A DNA stretch of 64,000 nt from Candidatus Wildermuthbacteria bacterium (GCA_016203455.1 JACQMR010000014.1:6138-70137), one strand, 5' to 3'. Shown: positions 18,388-28,864, counted from the first letter of the stretch. Numbers and translations: made by a program. The notes: a model not told the origin generated them from the sequence alone.

Positions 18388-20223
18388 TTATGTTTTGTTT
18401 GGTTTCTTTCCCACAATCCGTTCAAACTCCTCTTGTTCTATCGTTTCTTTTTGTATCAGAATATCGGCTATCTTTTCAAGTGTTGCCCGCTTTTGGCGCA
18501 GGATTTTCTCCGCCGCCTTTTTTGCGGTTTCCAAAAGCGTAGTTACTTCTTTATCTATTTCTTCCGCCGTCTTTTCAGAGTAGTTTTTGATTTCTCCCCC
18601 GAATCCTCCGGGGTATTCTTCGCGTCCTTCCCCGCCAAAAACGACGGGTCCGAGTTTGGCGGACATGCCGTATTCTCTTACCATTCCGCGCGCAACCGCG
18701 GATGCTTTCTCCAGGTCGTTTGAAGGACCCGTGGAAACATTTTTGAAGATCAGCGTTTCCGCGGCGTATCCGCCCAAGAGCACCGCGAGTTCGCCGGCAA
18801 ACTCCGTTTTTGTTCTCATGTGCCGGTCTTCGGAAGGAAGCTTTAGGGTGTATCCTCCGGCCCTGCCGCGAGAAATAATAGAAACCTTGCGCACCGGATC
18901 TCCAAAAGGCATGGAAGCGGCAACCAGGGCGTGTCCGGCTTCGTGGTACGCCGTTACCCGTTTTTCCTGCTTTGAAAGGGCATGGCTTTTGCGCTCGGGC
19001 CCCAGGAGCACTTTGTCTATGGATTCCAGCAGTTCCGCCTGGGAGATACTTGTCTTGTTGCGCCGCGCCGCGAATATGGCCGCTTCGTTCATCAAGTTTT
19101 CAAGGTCCGCTCCGGAAAACCCCGGCGTTCGTTCCGCGACTTCCCGCAGGTTTACTCCCTGGGCAAAAGGTTTTCCTTGCGCGTGCACTTTTAGTATGGC
19201 GTCTCTGTCTCCCACATCCGGAAGATCCAGGGTTATTCTGCGGTCAAATCTTCCGGGGCGCAAAAGCGCGGCGTCAAGGACATCCGGCCTGTTTGTCGCG
19301 GCAATGACAATGCAGGTGGAATCGCGCTCAAACCCGTCCATTTCCACGAGTATCTGGTTGAGCGTTTGTTCTCGTTCATCGTGTCCTCCGCCATACCCGA
19401 ATCCTCTGTGTCTTCCTATGGCATCCAGTTCGTCAATGAAGATAATGCTTTTCTCCGCTTTTTTGGCTGTTGCGAAAAGGTCCCGCACCCTTCCCGATCC
19501 AACTCCCACGAACATTTCAATAAATTCAGAGCCGGACGCTGAAAAAAACGGCACTCCCGCCTCGTTGGCAACCGCCCGCGCGAGCAAGGTCTTTCCCGTT
19601 CCGGGAGGGCCTATGAGAAGCACGCCTCTGGGTATTTTTGCTCCCATGAGCAGATATTTCTTGGGGTTTTTCAGAAAATCCACAACCTCTTGCACTTCCT
19701 CTTTTGCCTCTTTGAGTCCGGCAACATCTTTGAACATTACTTTGTTCTTGGTATTGCCGTCAGCCCCAAAGAGCTTTGCTTTAGCTCGGGTAAAATCAAA
19801 TGCCTGGCCCAGGCCTGTTTTCGCTTGGCGAAAGATAAAAAAGAAAAACAGGACAAAAAACAAAATAGGCAGAATAATAACGGAGAGAGGCGTTATCCAC
19901 GCCAAGAATCCGGTTTCCGCCTTGCTTTGTATGTTTGCCCCGCCCAGTTTTTCTTGGGTTACCCCCAAATTAAGCAAGGTTTGCGAAAGCGCGGCATCCT
20001 GCTCTTTGAGGGATTCTTTCTTGGTTTCATCTTGATACAGAATTTCAATGCGGCCGCCAAGCACCGCAATTTCTTTTACGGCCCCTTTTTGAATGTCCGC
20101 GGCCAGTTGCGTAAGAGAAATTTGCTCTGTTTTTTGAAACGGGCGCGCGAACGCCGAAAAAAGCGCGGAAACTCCCAGCAGAATGACAACGACGAGAAGA
20201 AAATTCTTTCCCAAATGTTTCAT
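18388..20223 (-). CDS. ftsH: ATP-dependent zinc metalloprotease FtsH
   Basis: Two TM segments; GPPGTGKT, IFIDELD, ALLRPGRFDR and HEAGH motifs. Confidence 0.97.
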   Translation of the reverse strand: MKHLGKNFLLVVVILLGVSALFSAFARPFQKTEQISLTQLAADIQKGAVKEIAVLGGRIEILYQDETKKESLKEQDAALSQTLLNLGVTQEKLGGANIQSKAETGFLAWITPLSVIILPILFFVLFFFFIFRQAKTGLGQAFDFTRAKAKLFGADGNTKNKVMFKDVAGLKEAKEEVQEVVDFLKNPKKYLLMGAKIPRGVLLIGPPGTGKTLLARAVANEAGVPFFSASGSEFIEMFVGVGSGRVRDLFATAKKAEKSIIFIDELDAIGRHRGFGYGGGHDEREQTLNQILVEMDGFERDSTCIVIAATNRPDVLDAALLRPGRFDRRITLDLPDVGDRDAILKVHAQGKPFAQGVNLREVAERTPGFSGADLENLMNEAAIFAARRNKTSISQAELLESIDKVLLGPERKSHALSKQEKRVTAYHEAGHALVAASMPFGDPVRKVSIISRGRAGGYTLKLPSEDRHMRTKTEFAGELAVLLGGYAAETLIFKNVSTGPSNDLEKASAVARGMVREYGMSAKLGPVVFGGEGREEYPGGFGGEIKNYSEKTAEEIDKEVTTLLETAKKAAEKILRQKRATLEKIADILIQKETIEQEEFERIVGKKPNKT

Positions 20224-20268
20224 GGTATTGCCATTGTAGCAGAGATATTATCAATTTCAACAAAACCG

Positions 20269-20302
20269 CTTAATCCTTAACCCCGTTAAGGTGGGGATAA
20301 CT
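20269..20302. repeat. Half copy of the CCTTAACCCCGTTAAG/DnaA-box palindromic repeat
   Basis: CTTAATCCTTAACCCCGTTAAGGTGGGGATAACT, one mismatch to 25061-25094. Confidence 0.8.
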
Positions 20303-21782
20303 AGGCGGTTTTCGGGTCTGGTGTCTGTTGATCTTTGCGCAGTCCCGCAGAAATAGTAGATATAATCTCTGCAATGTGCGGACGAAGGGTTTCTGAAGAA
20401 GTTGCTATGGATTGGCGGAAGATAAGCTTGAATAAGCTGGGAACATTACCAATAACCGGCTTCCCTGGGCGTGGCATGGAGTCAAGCATAAGAAATTCGG
20501 AATCGTTCTTTATTTCCCATGGGAATGCCTGTTCTCTTTGGAAAGTTAATTCTTTATGTTCCGCGTTAAAAGAATATATGCCAGGGCGCAGAGGGATATT
20601 CATTTTGTATACGCCTTCTCTGGATATAAAGATATGAGAAATGGGTACGCGTTTTTGAAGCGCGGTATTTGCCGAGTTAAAATCAAAGCGATATTCGCCC
20701 GCGAGATGTTCTGCGATGTGGAAAAAATCCATGGGAGGCGTTTCTCTTTCTCCCAATATGCCTAGAGAGTAGATATGCAGGTCTTCCGGGGACTGGGGCA
20801 CGCATTCTTTCGCGTATATGAGCTTTGTTTTTTGATCATACATGAATGAAACGCCAAAGATTCCTTTGTATCCGTTTTTTGCAAGCGTCTCCCCGGTTTT
20901 TTCTACGATATTTCTTGCGGCAAGTTCAATGTTTTCTTCCCAGGAACAAAACCCAAGATCATGCCCAACTTGTAATCCCCCGGGTTCTTTACCGGCGAGC
21001 GTTTCTTTTATATCCATAAGCTGGAGTTGAAGCGAAGAAGAAAGTATGCCTTGACGCGTAACGCACCCTGCCATAAAAAGCGTAAGGCCTTGGAGTATTC
21101 TGGTAATATGCACCTCTTCAAATTTTTGGTTTAGGGAAAGAGCGGTCATCATGTCTTCCCAATCGTCTTCGTTTTGGATGATAAAGGGGGTTTGTTCAAT
21201 GCCGGTATTGGAAAAAGCGCGCTGCACTAGAAAGGGCATTTTATGTTGGTCTATAAATTGTTGAAAGGTATATGCGAGAAACTGTTCTCTGGGTACGCGC
21301 ATGCTCCCCATATTCGGCAGGTGCATACTCCCCAGAAGATTATGAAAGTCGGTTTTAAGCCATACAGCTTGAAATGTTTCTGGCTTATTGCCTATCCATT
21401 CAATGTTTTGCTCCTCAAGTTTTTTAACGATGTCCGGGGTTATTCTGTGAAGAAGTAAACGAACAGGCATTTTTCGCGACTTAAGAAAAGCGTGGAAGGC
21501 GTAGTTTCCAAGAAGATAGCTTGCGGAGTGTATTTTCTCTGCCGCTTTTGGAAACTTTTCTTCCATGCAGAAGATTGAAGAATATCCGTACGCGCGGAGA
21601 ATATCTACATCGGCCGTATCTTTGGCGGTATATATGGTGTAGTTCTGGAGAAAAAAAGAAGGCACAACGCGGGGGTAGGGAACCATGCCAAAACCAATAA
21701 GCGTTTTCTCTTGCATAAGAGAAAGCGTTTCTTTGAGATTTGGCACGATTCTCTGCCATGATGAGGGGAGGTTTGAATGCAT
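20301..21782 (-). CDS. Hypothetical protein, ATP-grasp-like (degenerate)
   Basis: PFLVQ...GYKGIFGVSFM...IYAKECVP resembles the ATP-grasp C-terminal strands. Confidence 0.55.
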   Translation of the reverse strand: MHSNLPSSWQRIVPNLKETLSLMQEKTLIGFGMVPYPRVVPSFFLQNYTIYTAKDTADVDILRAYGYSSIFCMEEKFPKAAEKIHSASYLLGNYAFHAFLKSRKMPVRLLLHRITPDIVKKLEEQNIEWIGNKPETFQAVWLKTDFHNLLGSMHLPNMGSMRVPREQFLAYTFQQFIDQHKMPFLVQRAFSNTGIEQTPFIIQNEDDWEDMMTALSLNQKFEEVHITRILQGLTLFMAGCVTRQGILSSSLQLQLMDIKETLAGKEPGGLQVGHDLGFCSWEENIELAARNIVEKTGETLAKNGYKGIFGVSFMYDQKTKLIYAKECVPQSPEDLHIYSLGILGERETPPMDFFHIAEHLAGEYRFDFNSANTALQKRVPISHIFISREGVYKMNIPLRPGIYSFNAEHKELTFQREQAFPWEIKNDSEFLMLDSMPRPGKPVIGNVPSLFKLIFRQSIATSSETLRPHIAEIISTISAGLRKDQQTPDPKTA

Positions 21783-21826
21783 AGGCGTTGAGTTATTATA
21801 CGATTTTTGACTAATAAAAACAGTTG

Positions 21827-21859
21827 AGGCCCGGGAAAGTATGAGTTTCTCGGGCCTTT
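21827..21859. terminator. Intrinsic terminator-like hairpin
   Basis: AGGCCCGGGAAA...TTTCTCGGGCCTTT downstream of the 21875-22756 gene. Confidence 0.5.
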
Positions 21860-21874
21860 GTTCGCCTCCTTAAT

Positions 21875-22756
21875 TCAGGAAATTTTTAGAACTGGGCGGA
21901 ACTCCCCGGGTTTCCGGGGGGTCCCGATTTGCGTGGCTCGCACCCAGGTCATGGGCGCGAGCGAGATCCGGGGATTACCTTCTTGGCGTTCCAATGCCTT
22001 GAAGTGAATGAACAGGATTTCGTTTTTTTCCACCTTGCCCGTGGCGAGGTACTTGGTAACGCCGTGCGTTGTGAGCGCGTGGCCAACCCCTGCGATTGGG
22101 GAAAAGTAGAGTATGGCGGCCCCCTGGTCGCCGTAAGGGTTGGGGCCGGGATTCCACCGGCCCGTGGAGCGGGGTGCCGTGGCCGGCACCACAATCCCCT
22201 GGTCTTTGAAGACCTCGGGGAGGTGTTTAGCCACTCCGCCCCACAGCTTTTCGTACCCGGCGCAACCCGGATACGCGAACCGCGCCGTGGGCGTGAATGC
22301 CAGACCCTCGGGGGTCTGGCTTGCCCAGCCCTGCCATTGTCGCTGGGCAACGACAAAGAATTTTTTCCCACGGGTGGCGATCCCGATCTCGGTTTGGGTC
22401 ATCAACCCAGACCGGCCGAAGGCCACAACACGGAAGTTGTCCACAGGTTCTTCCCGAGTGAACGGGAAGCCGTTATTTTGCCAGGTCACCGGGACCTGGA
22501 AAAGAAACGGGTTTCCGGGGGTAAGGGGGCGGTGTTCCGAGTTTTGTTGCTCGGAACTTTTTCCGCTCTTCCCCCAGAAGACCACCTGGGGGAGCTTGGA
22601 GGTGGCAGTAGGTGCTACTACCACATCCACGGAATCCGGGTGGTGCGCTAGCAACTCGGCGAACACGCCGAGGTATGGGATTCGCACGGTCCCCTGCTGT
22701 TCCAGGAAGACCGCGCTGATCTCCAGACCCGCCGTTTTCATGTCGGCCATAGCCAT
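21875..22756 (-). CDS. Hypothetical protein with a possible C-terminal cold-shock/OB-fold domain
   Basis: 293-aa GC-rich ORF with an AGAGGAGG SD; C-terminal ILYFS...GVGHA...EILFIHFKAL resembles the RNP1/RNP2 motifs. Confidence 0.55.
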   Translation of the reverse strand: MAMADMKTAGLEISAVFLEQQGTVRIPYLGVFAELLAHHPDSVDVVVAPTATSKLPQVVFWGKSGKSSEQQNSEHRPLTPGNPFLFQVPVTWQNNGFPFTREEPVDNFRVVAFGRSGLMTQTEIGIATRGKKFFVVAQRQWQGWASQTPEGLAFTPTARFAYPGCAGYEKLWGGVAKHLPEVFKDQGIVVPATAPRSTGRWNPGPNPYGDQGAAILYFSPIAGVGHALTTHGVTKYLATGKVEKNEILFIHFKALERQEGNPRISLAPMTWVRATQIGTPRKPGEFRPVLKIS

Positions 22757-22949
22757 GATCCTCCTCTGTGTGAAGCAAAACTGCCATATCTATATCACCT
22801 TTTTGCTCCAATGTCAATACTATGTTCTTGTACCGATTTTTTACCGAAAGCCGGCTTCTCTTGCCGCAGTTCTGTTTCTCGCAATCTTTATCTCCTAATT
22901 CTTAACCTTTTGACTCGTGTGTAACTTAGTTATGTGTAACTTAGTTAAA

Positions 22950-22994
22950 CTAAACTGTGGATAACTTGGTCGGGCCAAGTTATCCACAGTTTAG
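22950..22994. repeat. Perfect 20-bp inverted repeat containing two inverted DnaA-box 9-mers
   Basis: CTAAACTGTGGATAACTTGG-tcggg-CCAAGTTATCCACAGTTTAG. Confidence 0.85.
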
Positions 22995-23035
22995 GCAGAC
23001 TAAGTTTAAGAGAGAAATGGTGGTACTATGGGCGT

Positions 23036-23923
23036 ATGGTGTACGGGATAAAAAGGGTAAAACGCGCAAAAAAGGGTTTAGCGGGCTTACTTCTGTTTTT
23101 TCTTCTATTTCCTTTTGTTGTTTGGGCGCAGATGGGGAATGTTGCCGTTAATGAGATTGTTTTGCCCGCGGGGGTAGCTGGAACTGCACAGGGGTTATAC
23201 GGGGATGCGGTGATAATCAACGAGATTGCGTGGATGGGAAGTTTTGCGCCTGGCGTGGATGCAAAGCAAGGTTGGAGATATGAATGGCTGGAATTGTATA
23301 ATGCTGGGGCGAAGGAACAATCGCTGGAGGGGTGGGACATAGAGCTAATACAAGGCGAGAAGATCATGTTTTCCATATCTCTTTCGGGTGTCATTGGTTC
23401 AAACGGGTTTTATCTTGTTGGGGCGTCCAAAAAGATCCCGGATATTGATATAAGTTATGAAAATTTGGCGGGCAAGTTTGCCAACTCTGGCATGGAGGTT
23501 GCGTTAAAAGACGGGTCGGGTTTAGTGGTTGATGCCGTTGATGCTTTGAAGGGCTGGCCTGCCGGAGATAACGAAACCAAGCGCACCATGGAACGAAAAA
23601 GCGTAGTGGGGTCAGACCCCACTACGCAGGGCGGGTGGATTACGAGTGAGAATCCGGGAGGCACGCCAAAGGCAAAAAATAGCGCGGGGTTTAAGGATAA
23701 CTCCGCGGCAGGAAAATCCGAGAGAGAAACGGAGGCGGGTTTTGGCGTTGGCAATGTTTTTCAAAACAAGAAAGACGCCAGCCAAGCGTCTTTCTTGAAT
23801 TTCTCTACTATAAAGAGTTCGCCTATTCTGCCGGCTTTGTCTCTGGCTCTGGTGTTTTGTCTGGCTCTGGTTTTTCTGCGGAGGCGTTTGGCGCGGCAGG
23901 CGACCCGGCGGATTGGAGTTTAA
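23036..23923 (+). CDS. Lamin-tail-domain (LTD) surface protein
   Basis: Signal peptide; VIINEIAWMG...EWLELYN...GTPKAKNS LTD motifs; C-terminal TM anchor. Confidence 0.8.
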   Translation: MVYGIKRVKRAKKGLAGLLLFFLLFPFVVWAQMGNVAVNEIVLPAGVAGTAQGLYGDAVIINEIAWMGSFAPGVDAKQGWRYEWLELYNAGAKEQSLEGWDIELIQGEKIMFSISLSGVIGSNGFYLVGASKKIPDIDISYENLAGKFANSGMEVALKDGSGLVVDAVDALKGWPAGDNETKRTMERKSVVGSDPTTQGGWITSENPGGTPKAKNSAGFKDNSAAGKSERETEAGFGVGNVFQNKKDASQASFLNFSTIKSSPILPALSLALVFCLALVFLRRRLARQATRRIGV

Positions 23924-25013
23924 GAGACATGCGGTGTTCTTCGGGGCTGATGTCTATGATATAAAACGGATATGTTTCTCCGGCTTTTAAGGCGTCTTCC
24001 ATTGCTTTTCTGGAGCCGAACTCTGAAATGTGGCACAAGCCCTGGATTTTTGCCTCTATCTCCACGAATGCTCCAAAGGGATTGATCTTGGTAACTTTCC
24101 CTTGCACCTTGTCGTCTTTTTTATATTTTTTACTCGCTTCTTTCCACGGGTCTTCCTTTAGGGTTTTTAAGGAAAGCGAAGCTCTTCCGTTGGAAACATC
24201 AATGATTTGGGCTTTTACCCTATCTCCAACTTTCAGGAAATGAGAGGGATTTTCAATAATTTGCCAGTCAATTTCTGAAATATGAATGAGTCCTTCAATC
24301 TCGTCTCCCGGGCCCCCAAATTTCACAAACGCGCCAAAATCAACCACTCCGGTAATGGTTCCTTCCACAACATCTCCCGCTTTGTATTGGGCGAGAATCT
24401 CCTTGATTTTTCTGCGTTCTTTTGAGCGTTCAGACAGTATGATTTTTTCTTCTTTCGGGTCCAGGTCAAACACTTCAACCTCCAGTTCTTCGCCCATGAA
24501 TTTTTGCAGGGCCTGTAAAATGCGGGAAGAATCCCCGTCTTCCACCTTTGGGTAGTGTTCCTGGGAAAGCTGGGATACGGGCAGAAATGCCTGCTGTCCT
24601 TTGATTTCAGCGAGCAATCCGCCTTTGTTGGCCCCTATGATTTTTACCTTGATAAGTTCTTCTTTTTCTTTAAGGGATTTGAGCGTGTCCCAGGTGAGTT
24701 CCCTGCCCGCTTCTTTGAGCGAGAGTTCAATGTATCCGTCTTCGTTTTCCAATTCTGTGATTTTTGCCGCCACGAGATCTCCTATTTTTACATTTTTGAG
24801 CCGCGCTTTTTCATCCAGGAATTCTCTGCCGTAGATAATGCCCACTCCTTGAGGGCCCAAATCAAAATAGAGGGCGGATCTTCCAATGCCGACTGCTTTT
24901 CCTTCCACAATTTCCCCCACGCGATAGGGGTGCAGGGCATCCGTCCTGGCGGGAGCTTGCGCTAACATGGTTTGCATATTCTCTACCTTATCCGCCGTTG
25001 CCTTTTTTGTCAA
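23823..25013 (-). CDS. rpsA: 30S ribosomal protein S1 (four S1 domains)
   Basis: Repeated S1 motifs (NKGGLL, DFGAFV...GLIHISE, PFGAFV...GLCHISE); start codon uncertain. Confidence 0.88.
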   Translation of the reverse strand: MTKKATADKVENMQTMLAQAPARTDALHPYRVGEIVEGKAVGIGRSALYFDLGPQGVGIIYGREFLDEKARLKNVKIGDLVAAKITELENEDGYIELSLKEAGRELTWDTLKSLKEKEELIKVKIIGANKGGLLAEIKGQQAFLPVSQLSQEHYPKVEDGDSSRILQALQKFMGEELEVEVFDLDPKEEKIILSERSKERRKIKEILAQYKAGDVVEGTITGVVDFGAFVKFGGPGDEIEGLIHISEIDWQIIENPSHFLKVGDRVKAQIIDVSNGRASLSLKTLKEDPWKEASKKYKKDDKVQGKVTKINPFGAFVEIEAKIQGLCHISEFGSRKAMEDALKAGETYPFYIIDISPEEHRMSLKLQSAGSPAAPNASAEKPEPDKTPEPETKPAE

Positions 25014-25060
25014 CGAACAGCGAGCTACAAACTAGGCAGTTAGCTTGTAGGATTTTCGCA

Positions 25061-25110
25061 CTTAATCCTTAACCCCGTTAAGGTGTGGATAACTTAAAGG
25101 GGTTAAGGAT
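25061..25110. repeat. Palindromic repeat with a central DnaA-box 9-mer
   Basis: TCCTTAACCCCGTTAAG-GTGTGGATAA-CTTAAAGGGGTTAAGGA. Confidence 0.85.
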
Positions 25111-25161
25111 GGAAATTTTATGATGGTTGAAACAGGTTTTTTTGCGTGGTAGTATGCGGGT

Positions 25162-25821
25162 ATGCAGATACTTTGGAAAGGGCAATCGTGTTTTTATGTA
25201 ACCTGCGCTCCCGTCAAACAAGATCAGGCGCGCGTGTTAATGGACCCGTTTGATGAGTCGGTTGGATTAAAAATGTCTCCGGTTGAGGCGGATATTGTTA
25301 CGGTTTCTCACGGCCACGCGGATCACAGCAATGTGAAAGCCGCTAAAGGCGCTCCTTTTGTCATAAACACTCCGGGCGAGTATGAGGTAAAAGGCGTGTT
25401 TATCCAGGGCATTCCAAGCTATCATGACGATGCAAAAGGGAAAGAGCGCGGGGCAAATACCATATTTACCGTAACTGTTGAAGGCATAACTCTGTGTCAT
25501 CTTGGAGATCTTGGCCAAAAAGAACTCGCGGCAGACCAGCTAGAGAAGATTGGATCCGTGGACATTCTCATGATCCCCGTTGGGGGCGTGTATACGATAA
25601 CAGGGGAAGAAGCCGCCAAAATAATTGGGCAAATAGAGCCAAAGATCGTTATTCCCATGCATTACGCGCTTCCGGGGTTAACGCCAAAGCTGAATTCGGT
25701 TGATGAGTTTTTGCGCACCATGGGAAAAAAGGGATTGGAGGCCCAGCCAAAGCTTGTGGTGAAAGAGAAAGATATCGCGGCAGAGCGAGATGAGGTGGAA
25801 ATTGCGGTTTTGCAGGCATGA
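25162..25821 (+). CDS. MBL-fold metallo-hydrolase (Lactamase_B_3-like)
   Basis: VTVSHGHADH, HLGDLG and IPMHY motifs. Confidence 0.88.
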   Translation: MQILWKGQSCFYVTCAPVKQDQARVLMDPFDESVGLKMSPVEADIVTVSHGHADHSNVKAAKGAPFVINTPGEYEVKGVFIQGIPSYHDDAKGKERGANTIFTVTVEGITLCHLGDLGQKELAADQLEKIGSVDILMIPVGGVYTITGEEAAKIIGQIEPKIVIPMHYALPGLTPKLNSVDEFLRTMGKKGLEAQPKLVVKEKDIAAERDEVEIAVLQA

Positions 25822-25911
25822 TGTAGATGTTTTGAGTTGTGGGCGTCGCTTAGCTCGCGGTTTTTTGTGGAACCGCCCCCCGCGTTCTTTACTGCTAAGC
25901 AAAAGGTTTCC

Positions 25912-26068
25912 ATGCTCGGCATACTGTTTTTACGCGACCACCTTGTTCCGCCCCCGGCGGGGCGGACGGGTTGCGCTCTCGGTCTGCCACCCCTTGTCCC
26001 GCGGGGACTTCGGGGACCATGCTGGCAGACCTCCGAGAGCTCGCTCTAAAAACAGTACCGCCTCGCAT
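25912..26068. ncRNA. Candidate rod-like structured RNA (6S-like?)
   Basis: Stems 25922-25932/26047-26057, 25975-25989/26023-26040 and 25947-25954/25959-25966. Confidence 0.45.
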
Positions 26069-26131
26069 TTCCCCGTTTAGGCATTCAGTTATTGGGATTG
26101 GGCATTGATTAGAAATTAGGAATTAGAAATT

Positions 26132-26368
26132 GTGGCGCGATTCATTAAAAAAGTGCAAAACCTTCCCGAGAGTTCCAGGCGGGTTATCCTGTGGAGCATT
26201 ATGGGTGTTTTAGCGGCAGGGTTGGTGTTTTTTTGGGGCAGGGATGCTATACAAACAATACGGGGATTGGGCGCGTCAGCCGGTCCGGCCGATGGGAAAG
26301 AATCATTGGATCAAGTGATTCAAAAATTTCAACAAGAATTGGAATATGCCCGACAACAAGAACAATAA
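26132..26368 (+). CDS. Small single-TM membrane protein
   Basis: 78 aa, one TM helix, overlaps the gyrA start. Confidence 0.55.
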   Translation: MARFIKKVQNLPESSRRVILWSIMGVLAAGLVFFWGRDAIQTIRGLGASAGPADGKESLDQVIQKFQQELEYARQQEQ

Positions 26369-28856
26369 AAATAAAGATACGGCGGAAATCTCCACCATGG
26401 GCGAGGTGCGCCCGCGCGAGATTTCGGAAGAAATGCGTTCTTCGTATCTTGATTACGCGATGTCTGTTATTGTGGCGCGCGCTTTGCCGGATGTGCGAGA
26501 CGGGTTAAAACCCGTGCACCGCAGGATTTTGTACGCCATGTTTGAAGACGGCCTCACGCACGGGGCAAAATACAGAAAGTCAGCCACGGTTATCGGATCC
26601 GTGCTTGGGCGCTATCATCCCCACGGGGATATTGCCGTATACGATGCCTTGGCTCGTTTGGCGCAGGATTTTTCAATGCGCTATACGCTTATTGACGGCC
26701 AGGGAAACTGGGGGTCCATAGACGGGGATTCTCCCGCCGCGTACAGATACACCGAGGCAAGGATGTCTCGCATGGGCGAGTTTCTTTTGCAAGATATCGG
26801 GAAAAACACGGTGGATTTTCTGGACAACTACGACGGCACCAGAAAAGAACCCACGGTTTTGCCCGCGCCTGTCCCCCAGCTGTTGCTAAACGGAACTTTG
26901 GGCATTGCAGTGGGCATGGCAACAAACATTCCGCCCCACAATATTTCAGAACTGGTGGACGCTTTAGAGCATCTCATTAAAAATCCCAAAGCAACCACGG
27001 AGGATCTTTTTGAGTTTATCAAAGGGCCTGATTTTCCCACCGGCGGCATTATTTTTAACAGGAAAGAAATCATTGAGGCATATTCCCAGGGGAAAGGCCC
27101 CATTGTGATGCGAGGCAAGGCGGATGTCGCGGAGGACGAGAAAAAAACGCAGATTATCATAACCGAGATTCCGTATCAGGTGACAAAATCCACCCTTGTG
27201 GAGCAGTTTGCCAATCTGGTGCAAGAGAAAAAAGTGGAAGGCATACGTGACATTAGAGACGAGTCGGATAAAGACGGCATGCGCATCGTGTTTGATTTGC
27301 AAAAAGACGCGTATCCCCAGAAGATTTTGAACCGTCTGTACAAATTTTCAGACCTGCAAAAGACATTTCACTTGAATATGCTCGCTCTTGTTGACGGCAT
27401 TCAGCCCAAGGTGCTGTCTTTGGTTGAGGTGCTTTCCGAGTTTATAAAGCACAGAAGGTCTGTGGTAACAAGGCGGGTTCAGTATGATTTGGATAGAGCA
27501 AAAGAACGAGAGCATATTTTGGAGGGGTTGCATAAGTGTCTTGCAAACATTGACAAGGTTATCAAGATTATTCGCGGAGCGAATGATCGGGATGACGCCA
27601 GAGTGAAATTAATGGCAGAATTTCGTTTGTCTGAAATTCAGGCAAATGCCATTTTGGATATGCGCCTGGCGCAACTGGCGCGTTTGGAACGCCTGAAAAT
27701 TGAAGATGAATTGAAGGCGATTCGCGCCATGATTCAAGAACTTACGCTCATTTTGGGTTCTCCAAAAAAGATTGACGAAGCAATTATGCAAGGGTTCAAG
27801 GAGGCCAGGCAGTTGTTCGGGGATGAGAGAAAGACCAGGGTGCAGATACAAGGAGTGAGCGAGATTGCCGAAGAAGACCTTATCCCGCAGGAGGAAACCG
27901 TTATCGTGTTGACGCAGGGCGGATATGTAAAGCGCATCAATCCGGCAACATACAAGCTCCAGAAGCGCGGCGGCAAAGGCATTGTGGGCATGAAAACCGT
28001 CGCGGAAGACATTGTGGAGCATTTTTTGTATTGCAATACGCACGATTCTTTGATGGTGTTTACCGACTCTGGCAAGGTGTTTCAGATTCCCGCGTATGAG
28101 GTGCCGGAAGGCACCAGGGTTGCCAAGGGCAGAGGCCTCCTGAATTTTGTGGAATTAGCTCCTCAAGATAAGGTGCTTAATCTGTTTGCTTTGGGCAAAA
28201 AAGACGACGAGAGGGGAATACGGTATATGGTTATGGCGACAAAGAACGGGGTTGCCAAGAAAACCCCGCTTGAGGATTTTAAAAATGTGAGAAAATCCGG
28301 CCTTATCGCCATTTCTTTAAAGAAAGGAGACGCCCTATGCCAGGTGCGAAAGAGTACCGGAGAGGATAATATAATCGTAACCACTCAAAAGGGGCAGTCC
28401 ATCAGGTTTGAGGAGGCGGATGTGCGGCCCATGGGAAGAACGGCTTCCGGCATTAGGGCGATTCGTCTCAAAAAAGGAGACGAGGTGGTTGGCATGGATG
28501 TTATCGCGAAACAATCCAAGGTTCAGAATCCAAACGCCAAACAGGAAGCGGAGGCGGATTATCTTTTGGTGCTTTGCGAGAATGGGTACGGTAAAAGAAC
28601 TCATCTAGATGAATACAGGACGCAGACAAGAGGGGGCAGCGGCATTAAAACCGTGCAGGTTACTCCAAAAACCGGAGAGCTGGTATACGCCAAGGCGCTT
28701 TCTGGCGCCGAGGAAGACCTTATCGTTATTTCACAGCAGGGGCAGGTAATTCGCACGCCTATAGCGGATATTGCCAAAATAAGCAGATCCACCCAGGGAG
28801 TGAGAGTTATGAAGTTAGATGAAGGGGATAAAGTTGTATCCGCGGCGTGTTTGTAA
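26346..28856 (+). CDS. gyrA: DNA gyrase subunit A
   Basis: [34 protein letters not shown], GyrA-box QKRGGKG, beta-pinwheel repeats. Confidence 0.97.
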   Translation: MPDNKNNKNKDTAEISTMGEVRPREISEEMRSSYLDYAMSVIVARALPDVRDGLKPVHRRILYAMFEDGLTHGAKYRKSATVIGSVLGRYHPHGDIAVYDALARLAQDFSMRYTLIDGQGNWGSIDGDSPAAYRYTEARMSRMGEFLLQDIGKNTVDFLDNYDGTRKEPTVLPAPVPQLLLNGTLGIAVGMATNIPPHNISELVDALEHLIKNPKATTEDLFEFIKGPDFPTGGIIFNRKEIIEAYSQGKGPIVMRGKADVAEDEKKTQIIITEIPYQVTKSTLVEQFANLVQEKKVEGIRDIRDESDKDGMRIVFDLQKDAYPQKILNRLYKFSDLQKTFHLNMLALVDGIQPKVLSLVEVLSEFIKHRRSVVTRRVQYDLDRAKEREHILEGLHKCLANIDKVIKIIRGANDRDDARVKLMAEFRLSEIQANAILDMRLAQLARLERLKIEDELKAIRAMIQELTLILGSPKKIDEAIMQGFKEARQLFGDERKTRVQIQGVSEIAEEDLIPQEETVIVLTQGGYVKRINPATYKLQKRGGKGIVGMKTVAEDIVEHFLYCNTHDSLMVFTDSGKVFQIPAYEVPEGTRVAKGRGLLNFVELAPQDKVLNLFALGKKDDERGIRYMVMATKNGVAKKTPLEDFKNVRKSGLIAISLKKGDALCQVRKSTGEDNIIVTTQKGQSIRFEEADVRPMGRTASGIRAIRLKKGDEVVGMDVIAKQSKVQNPNAKQEAEADYLLVLCENGYGKRTHLDEYRTQTRGGSGIKTVQVTPKTGELVYAKALSGAEEDLIVISQQGQVIRTPIADIAKISRSTQGVRVMKLDEGDKVVSAACL

Positions 28857-28864
28857 TACAGTAT

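Noticed and set aside
18587-20035. 482-aa plus-strand ORF
   Set aside because: Antisense shadow of ftsH with no recognisable motifs. The same applies to 35092-36174 and other long shadow ORFs.
22900-23030. Chromosomal oriC
   Set aside because: Only two boxes, no dnaA or dnaN nearby, and similar boxes recur in dispersed repeats. It cannot be fully excluded without GC-skew data.
25840-26080. RNase P RNA or tmRNA
   Set aside because: No GAGGAAAGTCC P4 motif and no tRNA-like ends were found on either strand.
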